Source: Bacteroides phage DAC17. From it: DNA of 40,000 bases. The translations under genes were made by a program, and so were the position numbers. The notes under the pieces are model-generated. The model worked only from the letters and a program-made list of their open reading frames with translations, was not told the origin of the DNA and made no database searches. Each line of letters begins with the position of its first letter. Position 1 is the stretch's first letter. The DNA lies in sequence record MT074138.1, one strand, 5' to 3'. Shown here in pieces: positions 6,594-16,046 of this stretch.

Positions 6594-6765
6594 TGCTGAA
6601 CCAGTAGAATACTGCACTCACTGTTTATCCTTAGCAATAAGAGATGTCAATGGGCAACCCTATTGTGATAAGTGTGGCTGCACTACAACAGCTAAAACTG
6701 ACATACATACTTGGGAGAAGATGTATGGTCATATGTATGGTGGTAAATATATAAATAAGAAATAA
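6547..6765 (+). CDS. 72-aa zinc-ribbon-like protein
   Basis: YCTHCLSLAI...PYCDKCGC. Confidence 0.6.
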   Translation: MNIRKRFMEELKQDYNAEPVEYCTHCLSLAIRDVNGQPYCDKCGCTTTAKTDIHTWEKMYGHMYGGKYINKK

Positions 6766-7058
6766 TGGAGAAGGTAAATAAGGAAGAGGCTTGTGCTGTA
6801 AAAGAGTTTAGCACAGAAGAGTTAAGAGGTATGTTGCACCAAACAAGTGAGCAAGCAAGAAGCCTGTTTGATGAAAACAAGAAGCTCAGAAAGGTGGTTG
6901 AGGAGATGAACATGACTAATCTGTTTAAGAGATTAGACTATCTGTTTGCAGTGGTAAACAGTACTAGTGAGACATTCTCAACAGACTTCAAGAGACAATG
7001 TGCAGATGAGATTCAGAACATGATGTTTGCACCAGAACCAGAAGAAGAGAAGCAATAG
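6765..7058 (+). CDS. 97-aa hypothetical, probable coiled coil
   Basis: Complete ORF in tightly packed operon. Confidence 0.65.
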   Translation: MEKVNKEEACAVKEFSTEELRGMLHQTSEQARSLFDENKKLRKVVEEMNMTNLFKRLDYLFAVVNSTSETFSTDFKRQCADEIQNMMFAPEPEEEKQ

Positions 7059-7068
7059 GGAGGGTACT

Positions 7069-7449
7069 ATGGAAGTGGCAGCTAATAATGTAATTAGGAT
7101 ACCTACTTCACTTCAGATGTTCTTTAGATACTGGTATGAGTTTCTCAAGCCATTCCATAAGTTAACTGACAGAGAGATAGATGTAATCACAGCATTCACC
7201 TATAAGAGGCATCAACTGAGTAAGGTTATATCAGACCAAGAGATACTTGATAAGGTGCTTATGTCAGAAGACACTAAGAAGAAGATAAGAGAGGAGTGTG
7301 ATATAACACTAGCTTATTTTCAGGTCATTATGGGTAAGCTAAGAAGGAATAAGGTTATTATTGATAATAGGATTAACCCTAGGTTCATTCCTAATATCAC
7401 AGAGGAGAATGGAGCATTCAAGTTAATGCTGTTATTTGATATAAAATGA
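7069..7449 (+). CDS. HTH-like protein upstream of terminase (possible DNA-binding/packaging role)
   Basis: KLTDREIDVITAFTYKR...ITLAYFQVIMGKLRRNKVI resembles an HTH. Track start at TTG 7027; ATG 7069 likelier. Confidence 0.55.
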   Translation: MEVAANNVIRIPTSLQMFFRYWYEFLKPFHKLTDREIDVITAFTYKRHQLSKVISDQEILDKVLMSEDTKKKIREECDITLAYFQVIMGKLRRNKVIIDNRINPRFIPNITEENGAFKLMLLFDIK

Positions 7450-7727
7450 CCTACCAAGATGCATTAAAGCAGGTGGCTGATGATACTGGCATACCACTTG
7501 AAGTAGTTAAAAGAGCATATGAGTCTTACTGGTTATTTATCAGGAAGACTATAACAGACCTTCCTCTTAAGGAGGAACTGAGTGAAGAAGAGTTTAGTAA
7601 GTTAAAGACTAACTTTAATATCCCATCACTAGGCAAGTTAACTTGCACTTATGATAGGATGCAGGGAGTAAGGAAGAGATTTGAATACATAAGGAAGTTA
7701 AGAGATGATAGTAGTAAAGAAAATTAG
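7446..7727 (+). CDS. HU/IHF-like DNA-binding protein (tentative)
   Basis: MTYQDALKQVADDTGIPLEVVKRAYESYW...FNIPSLGKLTCTYDR follows HU-like helix-turn-helix then (L/I)PxxGxL pattern. Confidence 0.5.
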   Translation: MTYQDALKQVADDTGIPLEVVKRAYESYWLFIRKTITDLPLKEELSEEEFSKLKTNFNIPSLGKLTCTYDRMQGVRKRFEYIRKLRDDSSKEN

Positions 7728-8151
7728 ACCAATGTTCACAGATGTATATACAACTGCTGAGATGTTGGAAGAGAAAGATATGTATACCAGTAGTGGTTTG
7801 ATTGACCCTACTAAGCAAAGAAGAACTATTAAAGAGTTCCAAAGAGTTATAGCTGTAGGACCTCATGTGAATGGTATAAATGTGGGTGATTTAGTATGTG
7901 TGAGCCCAACTAGATTTGGTAAACCATATCAGAAGAAGAACTCAATAAATGCAGCTACTGAAGAGTATGAGACTATGGTTTCATATCAGTTTGATTTCAT
8001 TGAAATTGATGGTGAGCCAGTCCTTAAACTACAGGATAGAGACATCAGTTATGTAGTTGAAGAGTATGAGGAAGTAGAGGACTTTAACCCCACTCCCACT
8101 ATTGTAACTGAGGAGCAGTTAAGAGGTAAACCAAGCATTGAATTGAATTAA
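7705..8151 (+). CDS. GroES/Cpn10-like protein (tentative)
   Basis: VVKKIRP...QRVIAVGPHVNGINVGDLVCVSP...QDRDISYVVEEYEE resembles the cpn10 core. Confidence 0.5.
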   Translation: MIVVKKIRPMFTDVYTTAEMLEEKDMYTSSGLIDPTKQRRTIKEFQRVIAVGPHVNGINVGDLVCVSPTRFGKPYQKKNSINAATEEYETMVSYQFDFIEIDGEPVLKLQDRDISYVVEEYEEVEDFNPTPTIVTEEQLRGKPSIELN

Positions 8152-8157
8152 TAATGG

Positions 8158-8189
8158 AGCCTGCTTGCAGAGATGTAGGCAGGCTTTTT
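8158..8189 (+). terminator. Intrinsic terminator agcctgc...gcaggct-ttttt
   Basis: 7-bp perfect stem followed directly by T run. Confidence 0.7.
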
Positions 8190-8201
8190 AGTTATATACA
8201 T

Positions 8202-8753
8202 ATGAGATTATTAAAGTTTGAATCATATACACTGACAGTAGAGCCTGAGGCACTATTAATAAAGTCTATTAAGACTCTTTGGAATAGAGATAAGACTAGA
8301 AGCAAAGATAGAGCTCTTATGGAACTAGGTTATATCTACTTCATGGTAGACCCTAGAAGTACCTACTCTTATATAGCTGATTTAGATACAAGAGCAGCTA
8401 AGATTATTGATGAAGAAGGACTACCTAAAGGATGGAAGCCTGATAAGATTGTACTTGAAGCTATGAAGTCTTATGGTGATTCAGTTATAACTACATCATC
8501 AGAGCTTCTTGAAGATACTAAGGCAGCAGTTGCTAAACTAAGAAAGTACTTGAGGGAGTTTGATTTTAATGCTACAGATGACAAGGGTAAGCCTTTATAC
8601 CCAATTAACACTTTCACCTCTGCTGTTAAGCAGGTTCCTGAACTAGCAGAGAACTTAATGAAGGCAGAGAAGGCTGTAGCACAAGAGATAGTTGAGAATA
8701 GTAAAATGAGAGGTCAAAGAGAAAAGAACATACTGGAGGATGGAGTAATATGA
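8202..8753 (+). CDS. Hypothetical protein between GroES-like and terminase genes
   Basis: ORF in phase; start moved from 8154 to ATG 8202 because 8154 lies in the terminator. Confidence 0.65.
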   Translation: MRLLKFESYTLTVEPEALLIKSIKTLWNRDKTRSKDRALMELGYIYFMVDPRSTYSYIADLDTRAAKIIDEEGLPKGWKPDKIVLEAMKSYGDSVITTSSELLEDTKAAVAKLRKYLREFDFNATDDKGKPLYPINTFTSAVKQVPELAENLMKAEKAVAQEIVENSKMRGQREKNILEDGVI

Positions 8754-9100
8754 GAATAGAGGATGCAGTTAATGCACTAAACCAGTATATATCTGAAGTT
8801 AGAAAAAAGAGAGACCTCAATGTTAATAGCTTTCTGGTGGTAAGAAGATGGGTCTCTCAGTCTGAGACAGGTTTCAAAGCATATAAGACAGCTCATATTG
8901 AGATTAATCTAGTAGGTGCTGATAAACCTCAGAAGGTAATAGAGGTAGTCTATACTGGGAGAATTGTCTCAACAGAGGAAGAGATAGTTGTTAAGCATAT
9001 TGAAATGAATGCTCTGATTAAAATCTATGAGGTCATTCAGACAGACATATTCAATCAATTAGTGGAGGGTACATATGAAAGTATTATACCAGACAAATGA
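8750..9100 (+). CDS. 116-aa hypothetical protein
   Basis: ATGA overlap with upstream gene. Confidence 0.7.
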   Translation: MRIEDAVNALNQYISEVRKKRDLNVNSFLVVRRWVSQSETGFKAYKTAHIEINLVGADKPQKVIEVVYTGRIVSTEEEIVVKHIEMNALIKIYEVIQTDIFNQLVEGTYESIIPDK

Positions 9101-12100
9101 ATTTCAAACACCTATTACAGATGAACTATTAGAGGCATATCCTAAAGAGGTTAGAGATGAGTTCTTTGATGTGATAAACAATGTTGAGTTTATTAAGAGG
9201 CTAATCTCACCTAACAGGCTAAGAGCTAGAGACTTGCCCAGAGATGAGTCTGGTAAGATAATTGTAGATGTCATGAATCCTCATATACTTGAGGACATGG
9301 ACTACTTCAGACAGACAGGTCTGTACTTTCAGAAGTATGGCAGATTCACAGGCTTAAGACCTAATGGTAACCCTAATTCTGAGTATATGAAGTGGCTTAG
9401 AATGGAAACACATAGATGCTGGTATGGCATGGTAAGACCAGAAGATGGTGAATGGGTAACAGGTGAGATGTATTTCTACCTTAACTTCATGCCTATGGAA
9501 CTTACTGAAAAGATTGAAGGTCAGGCTAAGGCTGTAAATAGAAAGACATCTACTCCAAGACCTTGGGAAGGTTCTTATCTATGGTTCCACTATATACATC
9601 AAGCTAGATATGGAGGACTATATGATTGGGAAGGTGGTCATGATGCACTACAAATAGCAACCAGAGGTGCTGGTAAAGCACATCCTTATAGTGAGTACAT
9701 ATATACACCAGAAGGTAAGAAGTTATGGGGAGATTTGGGTATAGGTGACTATGTATTTGGAGATGATGGTAAGCCTACTAAGATAGTAGATATACCCTTT
9801 GATGCTATTACTGATATATATGAGTTTACTCTTAAAGATGGTAGAAAGGTTAAATCATCTTCTGGACACCTTTGGAGAGTATTCAAGTATGGCAAAGAGA
9901 GGGTAGTATCAACTAAGGATATAGCAGATAAGTACTTTATAGATAGAAGCATATCTGAAAGAAATCCAACAGGTAGAGAGTACTTCTACCAAATACCTGT
10001 TAATAGTGCAGTAGAATATGCACAACAGGAGGTTGCAGTAGACCCTTATACATTTGGTTTACTGTTAGGTGATGGTAGTTTCAGACATCCTAAGTCTACT
10101 CTTGGTAGACTTACTGCATTGCCATCTGATATGGATATATATAAAAGATATATACCTTATGATGTATATCAACTTAGTCGTTCTACAGAGTGGTGTATTA
10201 AGATTCCTAAGTATAGAGAGTATCTAGTGAATACTGGCTTATATATGAAGAAGTCTGAAGATAAGTTCATACCTAAAGAGTATCTATATAATACAAGGTT
10301 GGTAAGACTTAACTTATTGAAAGGCTTGATTGACTCTGATGGTACTGTAGATAATAGAGGCACATACAACATAAGCACTGCATCCAGTGCACTAGCTGAA
10401 GACATAACTGTGTTATGCAGAAGTCTTGGGTTCAACTGTAGAGTAAGTAAGAAGTCAGCAGGATATAAGAAAGATGGTTCTTATATTAGTTGTATGACAT
10501 CTTACACAGTATTTATATATAGTAGCTGGATATTAACTAATCTTCCAAGGAAGCAGGCTAAACTTAAGGTTAAGACCACTAAGTATAGTAGGAGTAAGAT
10601 AGACAGAACTACTATAGTTGATGTCAAGTTAGTAGGTAAGGAGAGAGCTAAATGTATAACAGTAGATAATGATTCTCACTGTTATTTGGTTAATGACTTT
10701 ATAGTCACTCATAACTCATTCTCTTGTGCTTCTATGCTTGCTAGATTATTCATATTAGGTGATAATGAGCATTATAATAAGAAGGTAAACTCCTTCATCA
10801 TGGCATCTAACAAGGATACTTTGAGTAATAAGGATGGTACTCTTAAGAAGTTTGAGGCATGTATAGATGTGTGTGCTGAACATATGCAATGGCCTGCTAG
10901 TAGACTATACTCATCTCTAGATAAGATGGTATGGGAAATGGGTTATATTGACCCAGAGACTGGTGTAAAGAAGGGTACTAGAAATGGTACTTATGGTATC
11001 ACTACTAATGATGATGCAGAGAAAGGTAGAGGTAGCAGAGGGGCTAAAATTATCTATGAAGAGATGGGTAGATTCCCTAAGTTCCAGACTGTATGGACTG
11101 TAAATGAACCTTCTGTAAGAGATGGTAAGGATGTTTGGGGGCAGATGATTGGTATTGGTACTGGTGGTTCTGAAGGCTCAAATTTCTATGGTATCTTACA
11201 GATGATTTATAATCCAAAAGGTTATAATGTATATGCTCTGCCTAACCTGTATGACAAGAATACTAATGGTGAAGGTAAGACTATATTCTTCTTTGGAGCA
11301 TACTTGAACAGAGGTGGATACTATAATAAGGATGGTGTTTCAGATGTAGTAGCTACCATACTTGATATCCTCAAAGAAAGATATGATGTTAAGTATAATT
11401 CTACTGACCCTAACAGATTAACTCAGGTAGTTGCTGAAAGACCTCTGACTATTCAAGAGGCTATTATGAGGAAAGAATCTTCTATGTTCCCAGCTGCTCA
11501 GTTGAGTGATAGGAAGAATGAGATTGATGCTAATCCTCATATATTTGATGATGTATACACAGGTAGAATGACTGTTAAGAATGGTATACCTGAGTTTGTA
11601 CCTTCAGATGTTAATATTATCAGAGAGTTCCCACATAAGGATAATAGACTAGATGGAGGTATAGAGATATATCAATTACCTAAGAAGAATAAAGATGGAG
11701 TGGTTCCAGCTAATAGATATATAGCAGGTACTGACCCTGTAGATGATGATGCAGCTAAGGAGTCATTGTCACTCCAATCTACATTCATATTAGACTTGTG
11801 GACTGATGAGATAGTAGCTGAGTATACAGGTAGACCTACCTTCGCAGATGATTACTATGAGCAGCTAAGACTGCTGCTTATCTATTATAATGCAAAGGAT
11901 AACTATGAGAATAATAAGAAGGGTCTGTTTGCTTACTTTAATAGAATGAACTCACTGAGTTTGCTTAGTGATACTATTGGTTATCTTAAAGATAAGGAAG
12001 TAGTTAAGATGCCTTCTGTAGGTAATCAGAGTAAAGGTTTTGCAGCTAATAAGTTCATTAATGCCTATGCTAGATTGCTATATAGAAGCTGGCTGCTAGC

Positions 12101-12407
12101 ACCAGTGACTCTGGTGAAGGAGATAGATGGGCAGGCTACTGAGATTACCACCACAAGGCTTCATACATTAAAGGCTAGGGCTCTTATACAGGAATCTATT
12201 CAATGGGAGTCAATGGGTAACTATGATAGAATATCAGCTATTGGTGCTCTCATGTTATTGAGAGAGTATATGGTTATACAGTATCAGAATGACTTCAGTG
12301 AAGAGAGAACTGAGAGAGTACAGAAGAGCTATCTTGGCAATGACAAGTATTTTGAAAAGAACTATGAGAAGAGGCTTCAGAAGATGCACAGAAGCTACAA
12401 TCAGTAA
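9075..12407 (+). CDS. terL: Terminase large subunit precursor (1110 aa, 764 aa after intein removal)
   Basis: Walker A ATRGAGK/SFSCAS split by intein; GAKIIYEEMGRF (Walker B-like); RYIAGTDPVDDD nuclease motif. Confidence 0.93.
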   Translation: MKVLYQTNEFQTPITDELLEAYPKEVRDEFFDVINNVEFIKRLISPNRLRARDLPRDESGKIIVDVMNPHILEDMDYFRQTGLYFQKYGRFTGLRPNGNPNSEYMKWLRMETHRCWYGMVRPEDGEWVTGEMYFYLNFMPMELTEKIEGQAKAVNRKTSTPRPWEGSYLWFHYIHQARYGGLYDWEGGHDALQIATRGAGKAHPYSEYIYTPEGKKLWGDLGIGDYVFGDDGKPTKIVDIPFDAITDIYEFTLKDGRKVKSSSGHLWRVFKYGKERVVSTKDIADKYFIDRSISERNPTGREYFYQIPVNSAVEYAQQEVAVDPYTFGLLLGDGSFRHPKSTLGRLTALPSDMDIYKRYIPYDVYQLSRSTEWCIKIPKYREYLVNTGLYMKKSEDKFIPKEYLYNTRLVRLNLLKGLIDSDGTVDNRGTYNISTASSALAEDITVLCRSLGFNCRVSKKSAGYKKDGSYISCMTSYTVFIYSSWILTNLPRKQAKLKVKTTKYSRSKIDRTTIVDVKLVGKERAKCITVDNDSHCYLVNDFIVTHNSFSCASMLARLFILGDNEHYNKKVNSFIMASNKDTLSNKDGTLKKFEACIDVCAEHMQWPASRLYSSLDKMVWEMGYIDPETGVKKGTRNGTYGITTNDDAEKGRGSRGAKIIYEEMGRFPKFQTVWTVNEPSVRDGKDVWGQMIGIGTGGSEGSNFYGILQMIYNPKGYNVYALPNLYDKNTNGEGKTIFFFGAYLNRGGYYNKDGVSDVVATILDILKERYDVKYNSTDPNRLTQVVAERPLTIQEAIMRKESSMFPAAQLSDRKNEIDANPHIFDDVYTGRMTVKNGIPEFVPSDVNIIREFPHKDNRLDGGIEIYQLPKKNKDGVVPANRYIAGTDPVDDDAAKESLSLQSTFILDLWTDEIVAEYTGRPTFADDYYEQLRLLLIYYNAKDNYENNKKGLFAYFNRMNSLSLLSDTIGYLKDKEVVKMPSVGNQSKGFAANKFINAYARLLYRSWLLAPVTLVKEIDGQATEITTTRLHTLKARALIQESIQWESMGNYDRISAIGALMLLREYMVIQYQNDFSEERTERVQKSYLGNDKYFEKNYEKRLQKMHRSYNQ
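9678..10715 (+). mobile_element. 346-aa intein with LAGLIDADG (DOD) homing endonuclease, predicted class 3
   Basis: Starts AHPYSEYIYTPEGKKLWGDLGIGDYVF, ends CITVDNDSHCYLVNDFIVTHN/S; YTFGLLLGDG and LLKGLIDSDG motifs. Confidence 0.95.
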
Positions 12408-12436
12408 ATTTAGTAAATAATGTAAGTATGAGTAAC

Positions 12437-12468
12437 TAATTCACTTATGCACTTGTGTAAGTGAATTA
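12437..12468. repeat. 11-bp perfect inverted repeat overlapping the -33 region
   Basis: taattcactta (12437-12447) / taagtgaatta (12458-12468). Confidence 0.7.
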
Positions 12469-12483
12469 ATTTACTTACTTTTG
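12453..12483 (+). promoter_or_regulatory. Bacteroidetes-type promoter (-33 TTG 12453-12455, -7 TACTTTTG 12476-12483)
   Basis: TTG-N20-TACTTTTGCA upstream of GIY-YIG ORF. Confidence 0.7.
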
Positions 12484-12502
12484 CAGTGTTTAATAGAGAT
12501 GT

Positions 12503-13264
12503 ATGGTAGGAGGAGAGAAGTATATAGTATATCTTCACATTAATAAGGCTAATGGTAAGGTGTATGTGGGAATAACACACCATACTAATCCTGAACTTAG
12601 GTGGAGAGGAGGCAGAGAGTATAGGAAGAATGTGGTGTTTACTAGAGCCATATCTAAGTATGGTTGGGAAGGGTTTAGCCATATAATTCTCTTTAGAAAC
12701 TTACCCAAAGAAGCTGCTTGCAGAATAGAATCTAAACTTATAACCAGATATAGGAAAAGGAATCTCTGTTATAATGTAGCAGATGGTGGGCAAGGAGTAT
12801 CCTCTATGAACTCTTATATAAGAAGTAAGATAAGTGAATCTTGTAGAGGTAGATTTATTGGAGACTCTAATCCAATGAGGAATCTTACAGATGAGCAGAG
12901 AAAGTTTCATTCTGAGAAGATGAAAAGAACTTGGGAAACTAAGAGAGACTTGATTCTTAAAAATCAAAAGGAAGGCCTTGAAAGAGCCAAAATGGGGGGT
13001 AGGTATGTAAATAAGAGACCAACCTTAACTGCTGAACAGAAAGATAAAATCTACTCTGCTGTAAGTAAAGCTAGGAGCGTACCAGTATTATGCTTTTCTG
13101 AGAATGGAGTATTTATTAGAAGATATAAATCATTGAGCGAAGCTAATATGAGTTTTAATATAGACATAAAAGATTCAAATATATCTAGAGCATGTAGGGA
13201 CTTTAATAAGACTGCTTATGGATATAGATGGAAATATGATAAGAAAGGGGATAAATATGGATAG
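12503..13264 (+). CDS. GIY-YIG homing endonuclease with NUMOD3-like and NUMOD1/IENR1-like DNA-binding modules
   Basis: KYIVYLHINKANGKVYVGIT...; SESCRGRFIGDSNPMRN; VPVLCFSENGVFIRRYKSLSEAN...YGYRWKY. Confidence 0.88.
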   Translation: MVGGEKYIVYLHINKANGKVYVGITHHTNPELRWRGGREYRKNVVFTRAISKYGWEGFSHIILFRNLPKEAACRIESKLITRYRKRNLCYNVADGGQGVSSMNSYIRSKISESCRGRFIGDSNPMRNLTDEQRKFHSEKMKRTWETKRDLILKNQKEGLERAKMGGRYVNKRPTLTAEQKDKIYSAVSKARSVPVLCFSENGVFIRRYKSLSEANMSFNIDIKDSNISRACRDFNKTAYGYRWKYDKKGDKYG

Positions 13265-15665
13265 TCAATTCGCCAATTTCCCTAGACAGATGTTGCCATT
13301 TAGTCAGAAGACTAAGAAGTGGAGAAAGAACTGTGTTCTATGGGCTAATAATAAGACATTCTTTAATTATAGTCTTGTCAGAAAGTCTGTTATCCATAAG
13401 CAGATTAACTACAATCTCCTTAGAGGAAAGCTTAATATGCAGGATATGCAACTAGTATTGAATCCTGATGACTTAGAGGCAGGATATATACCAGATAGAA
13501 TACAGCACTATCCTATAATGAATAGTAAGCTGAATGTACTAAGAGGTGAAGAGTCAAAGAGAGTCTTTGATTTTAGAGTAGTTGTAACTAACCCTCTTGC
13601 CATCTCTGAAATTGAGAATAACAAGAAGGCAGAGCTGTTACAGAGACTACAGGAGACTATTAGTGATACAGCTCAGAGTGAAGATGAATTCAATCAGGAA
13701 CTGGAAAAGATTAATGACTACTATACATATGAGTGGCAAGACCTTAAAGAGATAAGAGCTAATGCTTTACTCAATCACTATATCAAGGAATATAACATTC
13801 CACTGCTGTTTAATGATGGCTTCATGGATGCCATGACTGTAGGTGAGGAGTTATACCAGTGTGATATAGTAGGAGGTGAACCTGTTATTGATAGACTGAA
13901 CCCACTAAAGGTAAGAATCTTCAAATCTGGTTATAGTAACAAGGCTGAAGATGCAGATATTATCATACTTGAGGATTACTGGTCACCTGGAAGAGTTATT
14001 GATGCTTACTATGATGTACTGACTAAAAAGGACATTGAATATATAGAGTCTCTGCCTGATCATATAGGTCAGAATACAGTAGACAGTATGGGTAATATAG
14101 ATGAGAGATACGGCTTTGTAAATGCTAGCATGATTGGTGATGAGATCACCACTTCTGATGGCTTCTACTTTGACCCTGCTAATCTATTCCCAGACAGTGT
14201 AGGTTACTCACTGCTTCCTTATGACTTAGCTGGTAACTTAAGAGTGCTTAGAATATACTGGAAGTCAAAGAGAAAGATTAAGAAGGTTAAATCTTATAAT
14301 CCTGAAACAGGTGAAGAGGAGTTTAACTTCTATCCTGAAGACTATACTATAGATGTAACTAAAGGTGAAGAGGAATACTCCATGTGGATTAATGAAGCAT
14401 GGGAAGGTACTATGATTGGTAATGAGATATTTGTTAATATGAGACCAAGGCTAGTGCAGTATAATAGACTCTCAAACCCATCAAGATGTCACTTTGGTAT
14501 AGTGGGTTCAGTATATAACCTGAATCAAGGAAGACCCTTCTCATTAGTAGATATGATGAAGCCTTACAACTATCTGTATGATGTAATTCATGACAGGCTG
14601 AATAAGGCTATAGCTAATAACTGGGGCTCACTTGTAAGACTTGACTTAGCTAAGGTTCCATCTACTTGGGATGTAGACAAATGGATGTACTATGCTAAAG
14701 TTAATCACATCTTAGTTGAGGACTCATTTAAAGAAGGTAACTATGGTGCAGCTGCTGGTAAACTAGCTGGAGCTATGAACAATGCTTCTTCTGGTGGTAT
14801 TTCACTGGACCAAGGTAATTACATACAGCAGTTAACTAACCTATTAGAGTTCATCAAGATGGAGATGGCTGAGGTTGCAGGCATCACTAAGCAAAGAGAA
14901 GGTCAAATATCTAATAGAGAAACAGTAGGTGGTGTTGAGAGAGCTACTTTACAGTCTAGTCATATCACTGAATGGCTATTTATACAGCATGAGGATGTTA
15001 AGAAGAGAGTTCTTGAATGCTTCTTAGAGACAGCTAAGATTGCTCTCAAAGGAAGAAGCAAGAAGTTCCAATACATCTTATCAGATACATCTACCAGAAT
15101 CATGGAAATAGATGGAGATGAGTTCTCAGAAGCTGATTATGGGCTGGTAGTAGATAATAGTAATGGTACTCAAGAGCTGAATAGCAAACTTGATACATTA
15201 GCGCAGGCTGCTCTACAGACTCAGACTCTTTCATTCTCTACTATTACTAAGCTATATACCTCCTCTTCACTTGCTGAAAAGCAGAGACTGATTGAAAAGG
15301 ATGAGCAGCAGATTAGAGAAAGACAGCAACAAGCTCAACAAGAACAACTAGAGGCTCAGCAGAACATAGCTCAGATGCAGGCACAACAGAAGCAGGCAGA
15401 GTTGCAACAGAAAGAGCAAGCTAATATAAGGGATAATGAAACCAAGATTATAGTAGCTCAGATGGGTAAATATGCTGGTGAGGAGACTAGTGAGGATATA
15501 GAGTTCAGTGAGGAAGCTAAAGCTAATCTACTTGAAAAGATAAGAGAGTTTGACCTAAAACTTAACTTAGACAAACAGAAGTTGAAGCTAGATAAGGAGA
15601 AGGTTAGAACTGATGCAAGACTTAAAGAGAAACAAATAAATAAGAAACCAAGTAATACTAAATAA
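13257..15665 (+). CDS. Portal protein (crAss-like)
   Basis: Position after terL, size, portal-like sequence and Gln-rich C-terminal coiled coil. Start MDSQFANFPRQ; track start 13218 lies deeper in the GIY-YIG gene. Confidence 0.85.
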   Translation: MDSQFANFPRQMLPFSQKTKKWRKNCVLWANNKTFFNYSLVRKSVIHKQINYNLLRGKLNMQDMQLVLNPDDLEAGYIPDRIQHYPIMNSKLNVLRGEESKRVFDFRVVVTNPLAISEIENNKKAELLQRLQETISDTAQSEDEFNQELEKINDYYTYEWQDLKEIRANALLNHYIKEYNIPLLFNDGFMDAMTVGEELYQCDIVGGEPVIDRLNPLKVRIFKSGYSNKAEDADIIILEDYWSPGRVIDAYYDVLTKKDIEYIESLPDHIGQNTVDSMGNIDERYGFVNASMIGDEITTSDGFYFDPANLFPDSVGYSLLPYDLAGNLRVLRIYWKSKRKIKKVKSYNPETGEEEFNFYPEDYTIDVTKGEEEYSMWINEAWEGTMIGNEIFVNMRPRLVQYNRLSNPSRCHFGIVGSVYNLNQGRPFSLVDMMKPYNYLYDVIHDRLNKAIANNWGSLVRLDLAKVPSTWDVDKWMYYAKVNHILVEDSFKEGNYGAAAGKLAGAMNNASSGGISLDQGNYIQQLTNLLEFIKMEMAEVAGITKQREGQISNRETVGGVERATLQSSHITEWLFIQHEDVKKRVLECFLETAKIALKGRSKKFQYILSDTSTRIMEIDGDEFSEADYGLVVDNSNGTQELNSKLDTLAQAALQTQTLSFSTITKLYTSSSLAEKQRLIEKDEQQIRERQQQAQQEQLEAQQNIAQMQAQQKQAELQQKEQANIRDNETKIIVAQMGKYAGEETSEDIEFSEEAKANLLEKIREFDLKLNLDKQKLKLDKEKVRTDARLKEKQINKKPSNTK

Positions 15666-15666
15666 T

Positions 15667-16041
15667 ATGAAGAGATTTAATGGTATAATTGAATCAGAAT
15701 TTGCACCTGCATCCACAATGGACTTGTGGTTATTTAAGGGTAACCTTAAGTACTTTGGTCCTAAGGGGTGGACAGATATAAGCTCAGATGGGGGCTCTCA
15801 GTCATTAGCTCAAGTAGCATATACTGGAGATTATAATGACTTGATTAACCTTCCTTCTATACCTGATACTACTCCCATTACTGTACCAGCAGCAACTACA
15901 ACTGTAGTTGGTGGAGTTAAGAAAGCAGCTGCTATGACTAGCCTGTCAGCAGATGCTGAACTAGCAACAGTAACAGCTAAGCTAAATGAGTTAATACAAA
16001 AACTAAAAGATGCAGGTACTCTTGACATACCTGTTAGTTAA
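15667..16041 (+). CDS. Small head-fibre-like protein
   Basis: N-terminal FxxIxESxxAPxSxxxLWxxxGxLKYF; C-terminal VVGGVKKAAAMTSLSADAELATVTAKLNELIQKLKDAG. Confidence 0.5.
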   Translation: MKRFNGIIESEFAPASTMDLWLFKGNLKYFGPKGWTDISSDGGSQSLAQVAYTGDYNDLINLPSIPDTTPITVPAATTTVVGGVKKAAAMTSLSADAELATVTAKLNELIQKLKDAGTLDIPVS

Positions 16042-16046
16042 CACAT

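Noticed and set aside
12410-12682. 90-aa minus-strand ORF after terL
   Set aside because: Overlaps the promoter, palindrome and GIY-YIG gene on the opposite strand; no support.
13218-13256. Upstream start of portal ORF at 13218
   Set aside because: Would encode MDIDGNMIRKGIN from within the GIY-YIG C terminus; ATG 13257 gives a more compact arrangement.
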